Below the pieces are notes generated by a model that saw only the letters and a list, made by a program, of their open reading frames with translations, was not told the DNA's origin and ran no database searches. DNA of 64,000 nucleotides from Candidatus Magasanikiibacteriota bacterium (GTDB lineage: Bacteria > Patescibacteriota > Patescibacteriia > Magasanikbacterales > GWA2-37-8): assembly GCA_016189025.1 (NCBI GenBank), contig JACPGS010000014.1, positions 16,339 through 80,338 of the forward strand, given 5' to 3'. Each line of letters opens with the position of its first letter. Position 1 is the first letter of the stretch. This document shows positions 9,673 through 18,328 of this stretch, in pieces. The position numbers were made by a program, and so were the translations under genes.

Positions 9673-11826
9673 CTACTTTTTGGTTAGCCGGTGCTGCCGG
9701 CGCTTCTGCTTTTTGGGCTCCCTCCTTTCCGGTGGCGGCGGCAAAAAATCTGCCAGCCGCGCTTTTCCCAGCAATACCAGTACTTCCTGCACCAGGGCAG
9801 CGACTATGGCAGCAAACGACTGGCTGACTGCCCTCTGCCCCGGGGACGGCGTAACTGCCGCCCGCTTGGTTTGCCGAGCGGGGATTTTTTTGATCCGCCG
9901 CTTTTGTTTTGGTTTCCGGCGCCGCTTTGGGGGTTGCCGCTTTGGGGGGTTAAGCGATGACGGCACCGAAGCGCGACTGACTTCCGGCCGCGTCACTGCC
10001 TCGGCCGGCGCTGGTTCAGTTACTGCCGGCGTAATATCAGCACAACGCGGAGGAATATCTACCCCAGCTTCCGGCGCCATCTCCACTACGGGCACCGGCG
10101 CGGGAAACGCTTCCCTACGTGCGGAAGCAACTTCTACCGGCGCCGCCACCGCCCCGGCCGCCTCGGCGGCTTCCCCGCGCTGAAGAATAACCGCCCGCCA
10201 ACCATCCAGTTGCTTAATCCACTGCAACTGGAGTAGCTCTTGGAGCAGCGCAATAATCTCCACAATGCTGATCGCCGAAAAGTCAACCTGCATAACCAGC
10301 ACTGGCCCGCGCACCACCTGCTGCCCGCCGACTTTAACTGCCCACTTGGCCAGGGTGAGGTAGGCGCTTTCGGCAGTAGCCGGTGCCTGGCGAACGTGGC
10401 GATTCCCGTGAATCGGAGGTTTCTCTTTAATAGACAAAGCGGATGGTTCAATGGCTGCCGTGGTCGGGGGTAAGGCGGCGGTTCCCGCCCCGGCAAATTC
10501 TGCTTCCTTCGGAAGCAACGGCTCCCTGTCCGCTGCCCGAGGCCTGACCGGTGGAGGCCGCTGGGCCGGTTTTTCCGGCCGGGCGCCGAAGGTCGGAATC
10601 GGTACCGCGGGAATAACCCGGATGGTCAGCCATGGCTCGGCACCCGCAATCAGCTGGCGTTGCTGCAGCTCTACTAGCGCCCGCCGGGCTTGAGCAAGCG
10701 ACAACCCGCACCGAATCTGGAGCACCTGGAGGGGCGCTTTGATGATTCGGTGGCCCGTCGGGGTAAGCAAAAGGTGCTCGCAGAGCAGACGGAAAACGTC
10801 TTCGTAAGAAGAAACGTCGTCTGACCCGCCGGATTCCTCACCAGCTTTTCCAACGGCATCGTCTTCTCCTTCTTCCCCTGCCAACGCCTTCAGGTGTTCA
10901 ATCGCCAAGAGCAGCCGCTCAATTTCGGCCGGCGTCATTGCCACCGCCCGCCGCAGCTTAAGAAAGATCTCCACCTCCAGCTGGCGGATCCGCTCACGCG
11001 AAACATCAAGCTGGTCACCGATCTGCTGTAGAGTGAGCGGTTTAGGCAGCCCCCAACCCAGCCGACCGCGCAGTATCGTCAGTTCGTGCTCGTTTAATAC
11101 TCTGGCAATCGCCACCCGCAGGGTGTCCAGTTGTTGTTGATACTCCGCCAACAGCTCCCGGGCCATTATTTCCTGTTCCGGGCTGGCGCTGGGGTCAGGA
11201 ATCAACTCGCTAAGCAAGCGACCCGATTCCTCGCTGGATCCTGTCTCCTGGTCAAACGAATGATGGTAGCGGGAGAGAAAGCTCAAACACCGCCGCAGCA
11301 CCTTCCGGCTCAACTTGCCGACAATCACTTTTCCCTCGGCCGTGCCGTCGACCCGATGGATGAACTGAAACAGCTGTTCTTCTTCCGGCCATTGTCCGTA
11401 AAACTGGAAAAAGCTGAACCGAGCGCGGCGCACATAACGAATTTGTTCGTGGAGATAAACCGGAATCCGGTAAGGCAACTGGCTACCTCCGTTTTCAATC
11501 GCCCGCTGAATATGGTGCCGAATATACCATACCGCATAGGTGCTGAAACGAAATCCCTGCCTTGGCTCAAACCGGTGAAGCGCTTCCTCAATGCCGACTA
11601 CCCCTTCCTGGACCAGATCCAGGAGCGGCAGTCCATAACCGCGATACTTAAAGGCAACGGAAAGCGTGAGGCGAATATTGCCGTAGACCAAACGGTGATA
11701 AGTTTCCTGGTCAGCGGTCTGTTGCCAATAACTAAACAGCTGCCGGAATTCTTGCTCATCGGTGAGCGGCGGGTACTGGCGGAAACGCGCCAGGTACCAC
11801 TGCAAATCTTGCCAGTCAGTGGACAT
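9673..11826 (-). CDS. Sigma-70 family RNA polymerase sigma factor with a roughly 400-aa Pro/Ala-rich, highly basic C-terminal extension.
   Basis: Region 2 (...YGNIRLTLSVAFKYRGYGLPLLDLVQEGVVGIEEALHRFEPRQGFRFSTYAVWYIRHHIQRAIEN...) and region 4 (...LTLQQIGDQLDVSRERIRQLEVEIFLKLRR...) lie within the first about 310 aa. The remaining about 400 aa are low-complexity P/A-rich and end in KRRRKPKQKRRIKKIPARQTKR. Confidence 0.8.
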   Translation of the reverse strand: MSTDWQDLQWYLARFRQYPPLTDEQEFRQLFSYWQQTADQETYHRLVYGNIRLTLSVAFKYRGYGLPLLDLVQEGVVGIEEALHRFEPRQGFRFSTYAVWYIRHHIQRAIENGGSQLPYRIPVYLHEQIRYVRRARFSFFQFYGQWPEEEQLFQFIHRVDGTAEGKVIVGKLSRKVLRRCLSFLSRYHHSFDQETGSSEESGRLLSELIPDPSASPEQEIMARELLAEYQQQLDTLRVAIARVLNEHELTILRGRLGWGLPKPLTLQQIGDQLDVSRERIRQLEVEIFLKLRRAVAMTPAEIERLLLAIEHLKALAGEEGEDDAVGKAGEESGGSDDVSSYEDVFRLLCEHLLLTPTGHRIIKAPLQVLQIRCGLSLAQARRALVELQQRQLIAGAEPWLTIRVIPAVPIPTFGARPEKPAQRPPPVRPRAADREPLLPKEAEFAGAGTAALPPTTAAIEPSALSIKEKPPIHGNRHVRQAPATAESAYLTLAKWAVKVGGQQVVRGPVLVMQVDFSAISIVEIIALLQELLQLQWIKQLDGWRAVILQRGEAAEAAGAVAAPVEVASARREAFPAPVPVVEMAPEAGVDIPPRCADITPAVTEPAPAEAVTRPEVSRASVPSSLNPPKRQPPKRRRKPKQKRRIKKIPARQTKRAAVTPSPGQRAVSQSFAAIVAALVQEVLVLLGKARLADFLPPPPERREPKKQKRRQHRLTKK

Positions 11827-11983
11827 GGCGCATCTCCTGGTTGAGTGAGAAGGACACGATGTGAAAAGAACTAACCCCGCTTTTTCCGTGTCCTAAAAAG
11901 GCGGGGTCCGTTATTCAACGGAATGTTTCCATCGTGCCATAATCCTCCCCGCGTGTCAAAAAATGTCAAAATTAATAATTCAA

Positions 11984-12108
11984 AAACCCCGACTAAGTCG
12001 GGGCATATCAATTTTTACTTGCCCGCTTCCCGACTTAGTCGGGATTCGCGGGCTTCTAATAAAGGACAATGGCGGACGATGAAGTGAATTCCCCTCCTGT
12101 CAAGACGG
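11984..12108. repeat. Second copy of the hairpin + aataaaggacaatggcggacgatg module (see 7685-7800), with two cccgact(a/t)agtcggg hairpins.
   Basis: aaaaccccgactaagtcgggg...cccgacttagtcggga...aataaaggacaatggcggacgatgaagtgaattcccctcc lies in the divergent intergenic region upstream of the sigma-factor gene. Confidence 0.5.
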
Positions 12109-12253
12109 CTTCGGATATGATATAATATCCCCAATTCGGACGACCAACAGCTGGCTGGCAATTTTGCTGTATTTTTTGGATTCCCGCCTTCTCCCACTTA
12201 CTTCTACCAACCTTCTCGCCTACCATCCTACAAGCCTACAAGCTACCAACATT

Positions 12254-12787
12254 ATGACTGACGGGAACGAACCACGCCTAGCATCTGCTGCAGCGGAACC
12301 GCCGCGCGAACTCCTACCCCGCCCGCCGGAGCGCCCCCGCCTGCCTGACCTAAAGCCCGAAGCCGCGCCCGAGGCCACCCCTGAAACTGTCGCGGAAAAA
12401 GAAGCCGCCGCGGCTGCGGCGCCGGCCGAGGAAGCCAAACCCAAATTGCGCCTGTTGCCCCGACTGCGCAAAACCCCGCCGGCTCTGCCCAAAACCCGCG
12501 ACGAAGTAACCGTGCGCATTGAAAAAATTCTGGAGGAGGGAGTGGGCGATGCCTTTGCGCGGCTCTCGCCGGTCGCCAAGGAGGAATTCAAGCTGAAGGG
12601 CGAAGAGACCGCCCGCGCCATCCGCACCCTGCTGCAGGCCACCCACGTGAAGGTGAAAAAAATTTTCCGCCTGATTTTAGCCTGGCTGAAAATGCTCCCC
12701 GGCATCAACCGGTTCTTTTTAGAACAGGAAGCGAAGATTAAAACCGACAAAATCATCGCTTTACATCAACGACAACGTCAAAAATAG
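12254..12787 (+). CDS. Hypothetical protein with a low-complexity Pro/Ala/Glu-rich N-terminus.
   Basis: The ORF is long with no recognisable motifs; the first ATG is at 12254 (the ORF track starts at 12164 with a non-ATG codon). Confidence 0.35.
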   Translation: MTDGNEPRLASAAAEPPRELLPRPPERPRLPDLKPEAAPEATPETVAEKEAAAAAAPAEEAKPKLRLLPRLRKTPPALPKTRDEVTVRIEKILEEGVGDAFARLSPVAKEEFKLKGEETARAIRTLLQATHVKVKKIFRLILAWLKMLPGINRFFLEQEAKIKTDKIIALHQRQRQK

Positions 12788-12792
12788 AGCGT

Positions 12793-12893
12793 CAGCAGAT
12801 TCGGCAAGTCAGCAGATACAGCAGATTCAGTAGCGAATGAACTAGTTACCATTATGCTGATTAACTGAATCTGCTGATTAACTGAATCTGCTT
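12793..12893. repeat. Iteron/operator-like repeat cluster: three direct CAGCAGAT octamers, then an 18-bp tandem direct repeat (ctgattaactgaatctgc, 2 copies) that carries the inverse octamer ATCTGCTG.
   Basis: CAGCAGAT occurs at 12793, 12810 and 12819; atctgctg occurs at 12869 and 12886. The tandem repeat spans 12848-12883. The cluster lies immediately upstream of the coupling-protein-like ATPase gene. Confidence 0.5.
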
Positions 12894-12903
12894 TTAACTC
12901 TCC

Positions 12904-15483
12904 TTGCCCATGCCTCCCGACCTCGCCCCTTTCTCTCCCCCCGAAGCCATCTCTTTTGTCGCCGCTCTTTTGCAGAACCCGGCGGTGTTTTTGCTGGTCG
13001 TAGTCTGGGGCATTATTTTCGCCCTGGTCGCTTTGCTCTACCTGCTGCGGGCGTTGTTACACGCCAAAAGCCGCGCTGCCAAAGCCTTCCACAAAACCGT
13101 CCTGCTCGTCCGCGTGCCCAAGGAAAAGAAAACCGAAACCGAACAGCAGCGCTCGGCCGAGGCCGCCCTGAACCAAATCCGCGAAGAAATTGCCGTAGCC
13201 GACACCTTTTTCTCGGCCGTGGCGGGACTCAAGCGCGAGCGCGGGTTGATGAAGTGGCTGAAGGGCCGCAACGACCACTTGGCGTTTGAACTGGTGGCCA
13301 AAGCAGGCAAAATTTCTTTCTACGTGGCCGTACCGGATAAACTGCGCGGCTTTGTGGAACAGCAAATCCATGCCCAGTACCCGCACGCGGAAATTACCGA
13401 GGCGCTGGACTATAACCTGTTTACCCCCTACAGCTATATTGCAGGCAGCTACCTGTGGTGCAAATTCAAATCCGCTTTCCCTTTTAAAACCTACAAAAAA
13501 ATGGACAGCGACCCCCTGCTTGCCCTCTTGAATCCCCTCTCCAAAATCGGCGCCGACGAAGGGGCGCTGATCCAGTATGTCGTGCGCCCGGCCAGCCCCC
13601 GCTGGCGCTCCCAGGGGGTGCAGATGATCCGCGACATCAAGGAAGGCCAGAAATTTGAATATGTCGCGCGCCGGGGAGCGCTAATGCGTGAGCTGTTTAA
13701 GACTAAAAAAGCGCTCTTCCCCCAAAAACGCGACGCCGCCAAGCAGACGGCCGCGGCCGAACCCTACCGCCTGACCCAGATGGAAGAAGAAATGGTAAAA
13801 GGCATGGAAGAAAAACTCTCGCACGGCGGGCTGGAAATTACCGTTCGGGTGGTAAGCTCGGCGGGAAGCCGCGCCCGCGCCCAGTTAAACCTGGAAAACA
13901 TTATCAATGCTTTCAGCCAGTACAACATTTACCGCTACGGCAACTCGTTCGGCGCCGCCTTGCCGCGCCGGGTGGGAACGCTCATCAGCAATTCCATCTA
14001 CCGCGGGTTTGACGAGCGCCATTACCAGGTGGTCAACACCGAGGAGCTGGCGAGCCTCTGGCATCTGCCGCTGCCCGCTACGGAGACTCCCCGGATTAAC
14101 TGGCTCACGGCCCGGCGCGCGCCCCCGCCGATCAATATGGGAACGGAAGGAATTATCTTGGGGCGGGCAGTATACCGGGGAGAAGAAACTGTGGTGCGTA
14201 TGAAGCGCGCCGACCGGCGCAAACACCTTTATGTGGTCGGCAAATCCGGCAGCGGCAAATCGGTCTTTATTCAAAATCTGGCGGTGCAGGACATCCAGAA
14301 CGGCGAAGGCGTGTGCGTGGTTGACCCCCACGGCGACTTTGTGGAATATGTCCTGCAGCACATCCCTAAAGAGCGCGTGGACGATGTGGTATATTTTAAT
14401 CCGGCGGACACGGAGCGGCCGATTGGCCTGAACATGCTGGAAGCGGCTACCGAAGAACAGAAGGATTTTGTCACTCAGGAAATGGTTTCCATTTTCTACA
14501 AACTGGTAACCGACCCTAGCATGATCGGCCCGATGTTTGAGCACAACATGCGCAATGTGATGCTGACTTTAATGGCCGACCCGGAAACTCCCGGCACCAT
14601 TGTGGAAATTCCGCGGATGTTTACCGACGACGCCTTTGTGGCCAAATGGAAAAAGAAGCTGCGCGACCCGGTGGTGCTCGCTTTCTGGGAAAAAGAAATG
14701 GCCAAAACCAGCGATTTTCACAAGTCGGAAATGCTCGGCTACCTGATTTCCAAGGTGGGGCGCTTTGTGGAAAACGTAATGATGCGCAATATTATTGGAC
14801 AATCGCATTCTGGTTTTAACCTGCGCGAGATTATGGACCAGCGCAAAATTCTTTTGGTCAACCTGGCCAAAGGGCTGGTAGGAGAAATCAACTCCAACCT
14901 GCTGGGGCTGATAATCGTTTCCAAACTGCAGATGGCCGCCCTGGAGCGCGCGGCCTTGCCCGAAGAAGAACGCCACGACTTTTATCTCTACATTGACGAA
15001 TTCCAGAACTTTATTACCGAATCCATTGCCACCATTTTGTCCGAAGCCCGCAAATACCGGCTGAACCTAATTATGGCCCACCAATATATGAAGCAGCTGG
15101 AAGATAACAAGGGCAAAACCACGGTGCGCGACGCGGTGCTCGGGAACGCCGGCACCATTGTGGCTTTCCGCATCGGGCCGGAAGACGCCGAGGTGCTGCA
15201 GAAAGAGTTTGCCCCGGTGTTCGGCAGCTACGACCTCCTTAATATTGAGCAATATACTGCTTATATTAAATTGCTAATTGACAATACGGCCAGCAAGCCT
15301 TTTAATATGATGACCTACCCGCCGCTTGCCGGCAATAAAGAGCTGGCCGCCGCCATTAAAGAGCTCTGCCGCCTAAAATACGGCCGGCCGCGCGAAATTG
15401 TGGAGGCGGAAATTATGGAACGCGCCCAGCTGGGAGTGGCGGCTAAATCTTCGGAAGTAGATTTAAGCGAAGCCAGTTTATGA
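12904..15483 (+). CDS. Type IV secretion coupling-protein-like ATPase (VirD4/TraG/TraD-type AAA-like P-loop protein with an N-terminal TM anchor).
   Basis: Features are an N-terminal TM helix, Walker A VVGKSGSGKS followed by VVDPHGDF (the DPxGD motif of T4CPs), Walker B LYIDEFQNF and an ...EARKYRLNLIMAHQ... arginine-finger region. The stop overlaps the dnaX start (ATGA). Confidence 0.55.
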   Translation: MPMPPDLAPFSPPEAISFVAALLQNPAVFLLVVVWGIIFALVALLYLLRALLHAKSRAAKAFHKTVLLVRVPKEKKTETEQQRSAEAALNQIREEIAVADTFFSAVAGLKRERGLMKWLKGRNDHLAFELVAKAGKISFYVAVPDKLRGFVEQQIHAQYPHAEITEALDYNLFTPYSYIAGSYLWCKFKSAFPFKTYKKMDSDPLLALLNPLSKIGADEGALIQYVVRPASPRWRSQGVQMIRDIKEGQKFEYVARRGALMRELFKTKKALFPQKRDAAKQTAAAEPYRLTQMEEEMVKGMEEKLSHGGLEITVRVVSSAGSRARAQLNLENIINAFSQYNIYRYGNSFGAALPRRVGTLISNSIYRGFDERHYQVVNTEELASLWHLPLPATETPRINWLTARRAPPPINMGTEGIILGRAVYRGEETVVRMKRADRRKHLYVVGKSGSGKSVFIQNLAVQDIQNGEGVCVVDPHGDFVEYVLQHIPKERVDDVVYFNPADTERPIGLNMLEAATEEQKDFVTQEMVSIFYKLVTDPSMIGPMFEHNMRNVMLTLMADPETPGTIVEIPRMFTDDAFVAKWKKKLRDPVVLAFWEKEMAKTSDFHKSEMLGYLISKVGRFVENVMMRNIIGQSHSGFNLREIMDQRKILLVNLAKGLVGEINSNLLGLIIVSKLQMAALERAALPEEERHDFYLYIDEFQNFITESIATILSEARKYRLNLIMAHQYMKQLEDNKGKTTVRDAVLGNAGTIVAFRIGPEDAEVLQKEFAPVFGSYDLLNIEQYTAYIKLLIDNTASKPFNMMTYPPLAGNKELAAAIKELCRLKYGRPREIVEAEIMERAQLGVAAKSSEVDLSEASL

Positions 15484-17114
15484 CTACCTTATACCGCAAA
15501 TACCGTCCGCAAAAATTTGCTGACTTAACCGGCCAGGAAGTGGCCGTAACGACGATTACTAATCAGCTGGCGACCAACCGCGTGGCGCACGCTTATTTGT
15601 TTTCCGGTCCCCGCGGCGTGGGCAAAACCACTCTCGCGCGCCTGTTGGCCAAAGCCGTAAACTGCGAGCGCCGGAAAGCGGTGGAAGCCGAGCCTTGCAA
15701 TGCCTGTGATTCTTGTACCGCGATTACCGCCGGCAAACACTTTGACGTGGTGGAAATGGACGCCGCCTCGCATACCCAGGTGGACAATGTGCGCGAAAAT
15801 ATTATTGCCAACCTAAACGTGCCGCCTGCCCGCGGCAAATTCCGCGTATTTATTATTGACGAAGCGCACATGCTCTCGGGCAGCTCTTTCAACGCCCTGT
15901 TGAAAACCCTGGAAGAGCCGCCCGCGCATATGATCTTTATTTTGGCTACTACCGAACCAGGCAAATTCCCCGCCACGGTGGTATCGCGCTGCCAGCGCTT
16001 TCAATTTAAGCGCATTCCCGCCGCTATCATGCGGGAGCGCTTAGCGGCCCTGGCCAAGGCGGAAGGAGTGCAAGTGGAGCGCGAAGTTTTAGATCGCATT
16101 ATTAAAAAGAGCGACGGCTGCCTGCGCGATGCCGAGAGTCTGTTGGGGCAGGTATTATCCCTTAATCAAAAAAAAATCAGCGCCGCTGACGCCTCTTTAT
16201 TTTTGCCGCCGGCCAATCTGGGAGCAGTGCTGGATTACCTGGAAGCGCTGGCGCGGGGTGAGGCCGGCGCCGCGCTCCGGATAGTGGCTGATTTATTTAA
16301 CCAGGGCGCCTCGCTGGAACAATTCGGCGAAGAATTGCTGGAAACGCTGCGCCTGATTATGCTCGTCCAAATCAGACCCGATTCCCTGGAGGCCTCCGAT
16401 GGGGGGGCGGACGCAGTATCGCGTCTGCGCGCCCTGGCGCGAACCTTGCCGCTTCCGAGCCTCCCTGCCTTGATTGAATTAGCCCTAAATACCAAGGCGC
16501 GGGAGCGCCAGACCATTGCCCCCACTCTCCCCTGGGAACTGTTTGCCGCCGAGGCAGCGCTGCGGTTAACCGCCGTCGGCCCGGCCCTTAATGCTAATCG
16601 CCCTCCGCCTACGGATACCGCGCCGGTCCCGCTGGCTCCGGCTGCCCCCCTACCCAAAACCGAAGCTAAACCGGCTAAAGATACTCCTAAAAAAACTCCT
16701 GCCCCCCACCATTCTACCCAGCCGACCACCGCCATCCCGCCCGCGATCAGCTTGGAAAAAATTCAAAATCAGTGGGGGGCGGTAATTGAGCGGGTGGCAA
16801 ATTCTACTCCCTCGCTCACCGTAATTATGAAGACTTGCCAGCTGGCCCAGGTTGATGAACAAGGCTTGCATCTGACCGTGCCGTTCCGGCTGCACCAGGA
16901 AAAAATTGCTGAATTAAAAAACCGCCAAGTGCTGGAGGCGAGTTTGCGCGCCGTAACCGGAGTGGCACTAGCGGTAATCTGCCGGGTGGCTGCCAGGGGC
17001 CCCCGCCCCGCCGCGCCAGTTCCCCAGCCGGCTGCCGGCCCGGCACCCGAATCCAGCTCCCCGGCTGATCTCACTGGTTTTGCCCTGGAATTTGGGGGAG
17101 AAGTGGTGAGTTAA
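15480..17114 (+). CDS. dnaX: DNA polymerase III subunit gamma/tau.
   Basis: MTTLYRKYRPQKFADLTGQE...AYLFSGPRGVGKTT... (clamp-loader AAA+), the zinc module CNACDSC and Walker B FIIDEAHML are present. Confidence 0.9.
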   Translation: MTTLYRKYRPQKFADLTGQEVAVTTITNQLATNRVAHAYLFSGPRGVGKTTLARLLAKAVNCERRKAVEAEPCNACDSCTAITAGKHFDVVEMDAASHTQVDNVRENIIANLNVPPARGKFRVFIIDEAHMLSGSSFNALLKTLEEPPAHMIFILATTEPGKFPATVVSRCQRFQFKRIPAAIMRERLAALAKAEGVQVEREVLDRIIKKSDGCLRDAESLLGQVLSLNQKKISAADASLFLPPANLGAVLDYLEALARGEAGAALRIVADLFNQGASLEQFGEELLETLRLIMLVQIRPDSLEASDGGADAVSRLRALARTLPLPSLPALIELALNTKARERQTIAPTLPWELFAAEAALRLTAVGPALNANRPPPTDTAPVPLAPAAPLPKTEAKPAKDTPKKTPAPHHSTQPTTAIPPAISLEKIQNQWGAVIERVANSTPSLTVIMKTCQLAQVDEQGLHLTVPFRLHQEKIAELKNRQVLEASLRAVTGVALAVICRVAARGPRPAAPVPQPAAGPAPESSSPADLTGFALEFGGEVVS

Positions 17115-17115
17115 T

Positions 17116-17146
17116 ACTGTCATTCCGAACTAATGTGAGGAATCTC
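17116..17146. mobile_element. Truncated copy (one terminus only) of the CTGTCATTCC palindromic mini-element; it overlaps and supplies the start codon of the 17135 gene.
   Basis: ctgtcattccgaactaatgtgaggaatctct matches the reverse complement of the left end of the leuS copy (ctgtcattccgaacgaacgtgaggaatctctg). The ATG of MRNLFLK lies inside it. Confidence 0.45.
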
Positions 17147-17983
17147 TTTCTTAAATTATCTAAATTTCCCCCGCTCTTGATTCTTGCACTCTCGCTCCTC
17201 CCCGCCTCTGCCTTCGCCGCCACTCCCGCGCATTATCTTAATGTGCCGTTCACCCCTCAAGTGCCGGACGGCAACTGGAGTCCGCCCTGGAACAATGCTT
17301 GCGAGGAATCCAGCGTGATTATGGTGGAGCGCTATTATCTGGGAGACCAGCGGCAACGGATTCCCCCCGCCGAGGCCAAGGCGCTGATGCGGCCGCTGTT
17401 TCGCTGGGAAGACCGGGTATTCGGCGGTAATGCCGATACCAACGCCGAACGCACGGCGCGGCTGATTAATGAATACACCTCTTTTGAGGCTACCATCGTA
17501 CGTAACCCCTCTCCCGAGGCGATTGAAGCCGAACTTAATGCAGACCGGCCGGTTATTACCCTTAATTACGGCATTGCTCTTAACAATCCCCGCCACCGCT
17601 TCCGGCGCGGCGGCTCCGGCTACCACATGATGGTGCTAACCGGCTACGATCACGCCCGCAATCAATTCGCCGTGAACGACCCAGAGCTCTCCGAAGGCCT
17701 TGACTATCCTTATTCTTATGATAAGATTCTCTCTACTTTGGGCGATTTTGACCACCGCACTAAAAAAGTAAACCGCGAACTCCCTACCGTCATTTTTACC
17801 AAACCCAAAGAGTTTATCCGCGCCGCCGGCCGCCGGCGGGTATACCTGGTGCGCGAAGGACGTAAATTCCTAATCACCAGACCGAAAGTATTCACTGCCC
17901 ACCGCTGGAGCTGGCGCCTGGTGCGCGCGGTGAGCGCTGAAGAGTTGGCCGCCTTGCCTGAGGGCGAACCGATTGAGGAATAA
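17135..17983 (+). CDS. Secreted protein with a signal peptide; possibly a papain-like/C39-like cysteine peptidase fold.
   Basis: The signal peptide is MRNLFLKLSKFPPLLILALSLLPASAFAATP. Candidate catalytic residues are Cys in NNACEESSVIMVERYY, His in GYHMMVLTGYD and Asn/Asp in AVNDPE. The fold assignment is tentative. Confidence 0.4.
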   Translation: MRNLFLKLSKFPPLLILALSLLPASAFAATPAHYLNVPFTPQVPDGNWSPPWNNACEESSVIMVERYYLGDQRQRIPPAEAKALMRPLFRWEDRVFGGNADTNAERTARLINEYTSFEATIVRNPSPEAIEAELNADRPVITLNYGIALNNPRHRFRRGGSGYHMMVLTGYDHARNQFAVNDPELSEGLDYPYSYDKILSTLGDFDHRTKKVNRELPTVIFTKPKEFIRAAGRRRVYLVREGRKFLITRPKVFTAHRWSWRLVRAVSAEELAALPEGEPIEE

Positions 17984-18028
17984 ATTAAAATTATCGTGCG
18001 CTAAAAACTCTAAATTAAAAATCAACTT

Positions 18029-18099
18029 TCCGAGGTCGTCTAATGGTAGGACCCATGGCTCTGAACCATGGTATCTTGGTTCGAATCCAAGCCTCGGAG
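18029..18099 (+). tRNA. tRNA-Gln (anticodon CUG).
   Basis: Manual cloverleaf: acceptor tccgagg/cctcgga, D-arm gtct-aatggta-ggac, anticodon stem catgg/ccatg with loop cuCUGaa, T-arm cttgg-ttcgaat-ccaag, discriminator G; CCA is not encoded. Confidence 0.85.
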
Positions 18100-18216
18100 C
18101 ATACTGATCCCACCCACAACGACTTTTATTTTGGATACTACAACCCAGAGAATAAACGCATTGCCTGCTACTTCCCCGAGTAGCACAGGAGGTAAAAAAG
18201 CAGAGGTGTGGATAAG

Positions 18217-18246
18217 TTGACATTTGTATCAAGAATGGTGTATACT
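18217..18246 (+). promoter_or_regulatory. Candidate sigma70 promoter (TTGACA, 18 nt, TATACT) upstream of the NYN-domain gene.
   Basis: ttgacatttgtatcaagaatggtgtatact carries consensus -35 and near-consensus -10 elements. Confidence 0.35.
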
Positions 18247-18259
18247 TGAAACATAAAGT

Positions 18260-18304
18260 CTCCTGCGCCTACCCCTCCCGGGGTAGTGTGCAGGATTTTT
18301 GTTT
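18260..18304 (+). terminator. Intrinsic terminator-like hairpin + U-run about 15 nt downstream of the candidate promoter (attenuator-like leader, or tRNA-Gln terminator).
   Basis: tcctgc-gc-ctacccc-tcc-cggggtag-tg-tgcagga followed by tttttgtttt. Confidence 0.4.
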
Positions 18305-18328
18305 TAGGGGGCTAAAACAAGGCTTTTT

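Noticed and set aside
12848-12883. Possible CRISPR array (tandem 18-bp direct repeats)
   Set aside because: There are only two repeat units with no unique spacers of regular length and no cas genes nearby; this is better explained as an iteron/operator-like duplication.
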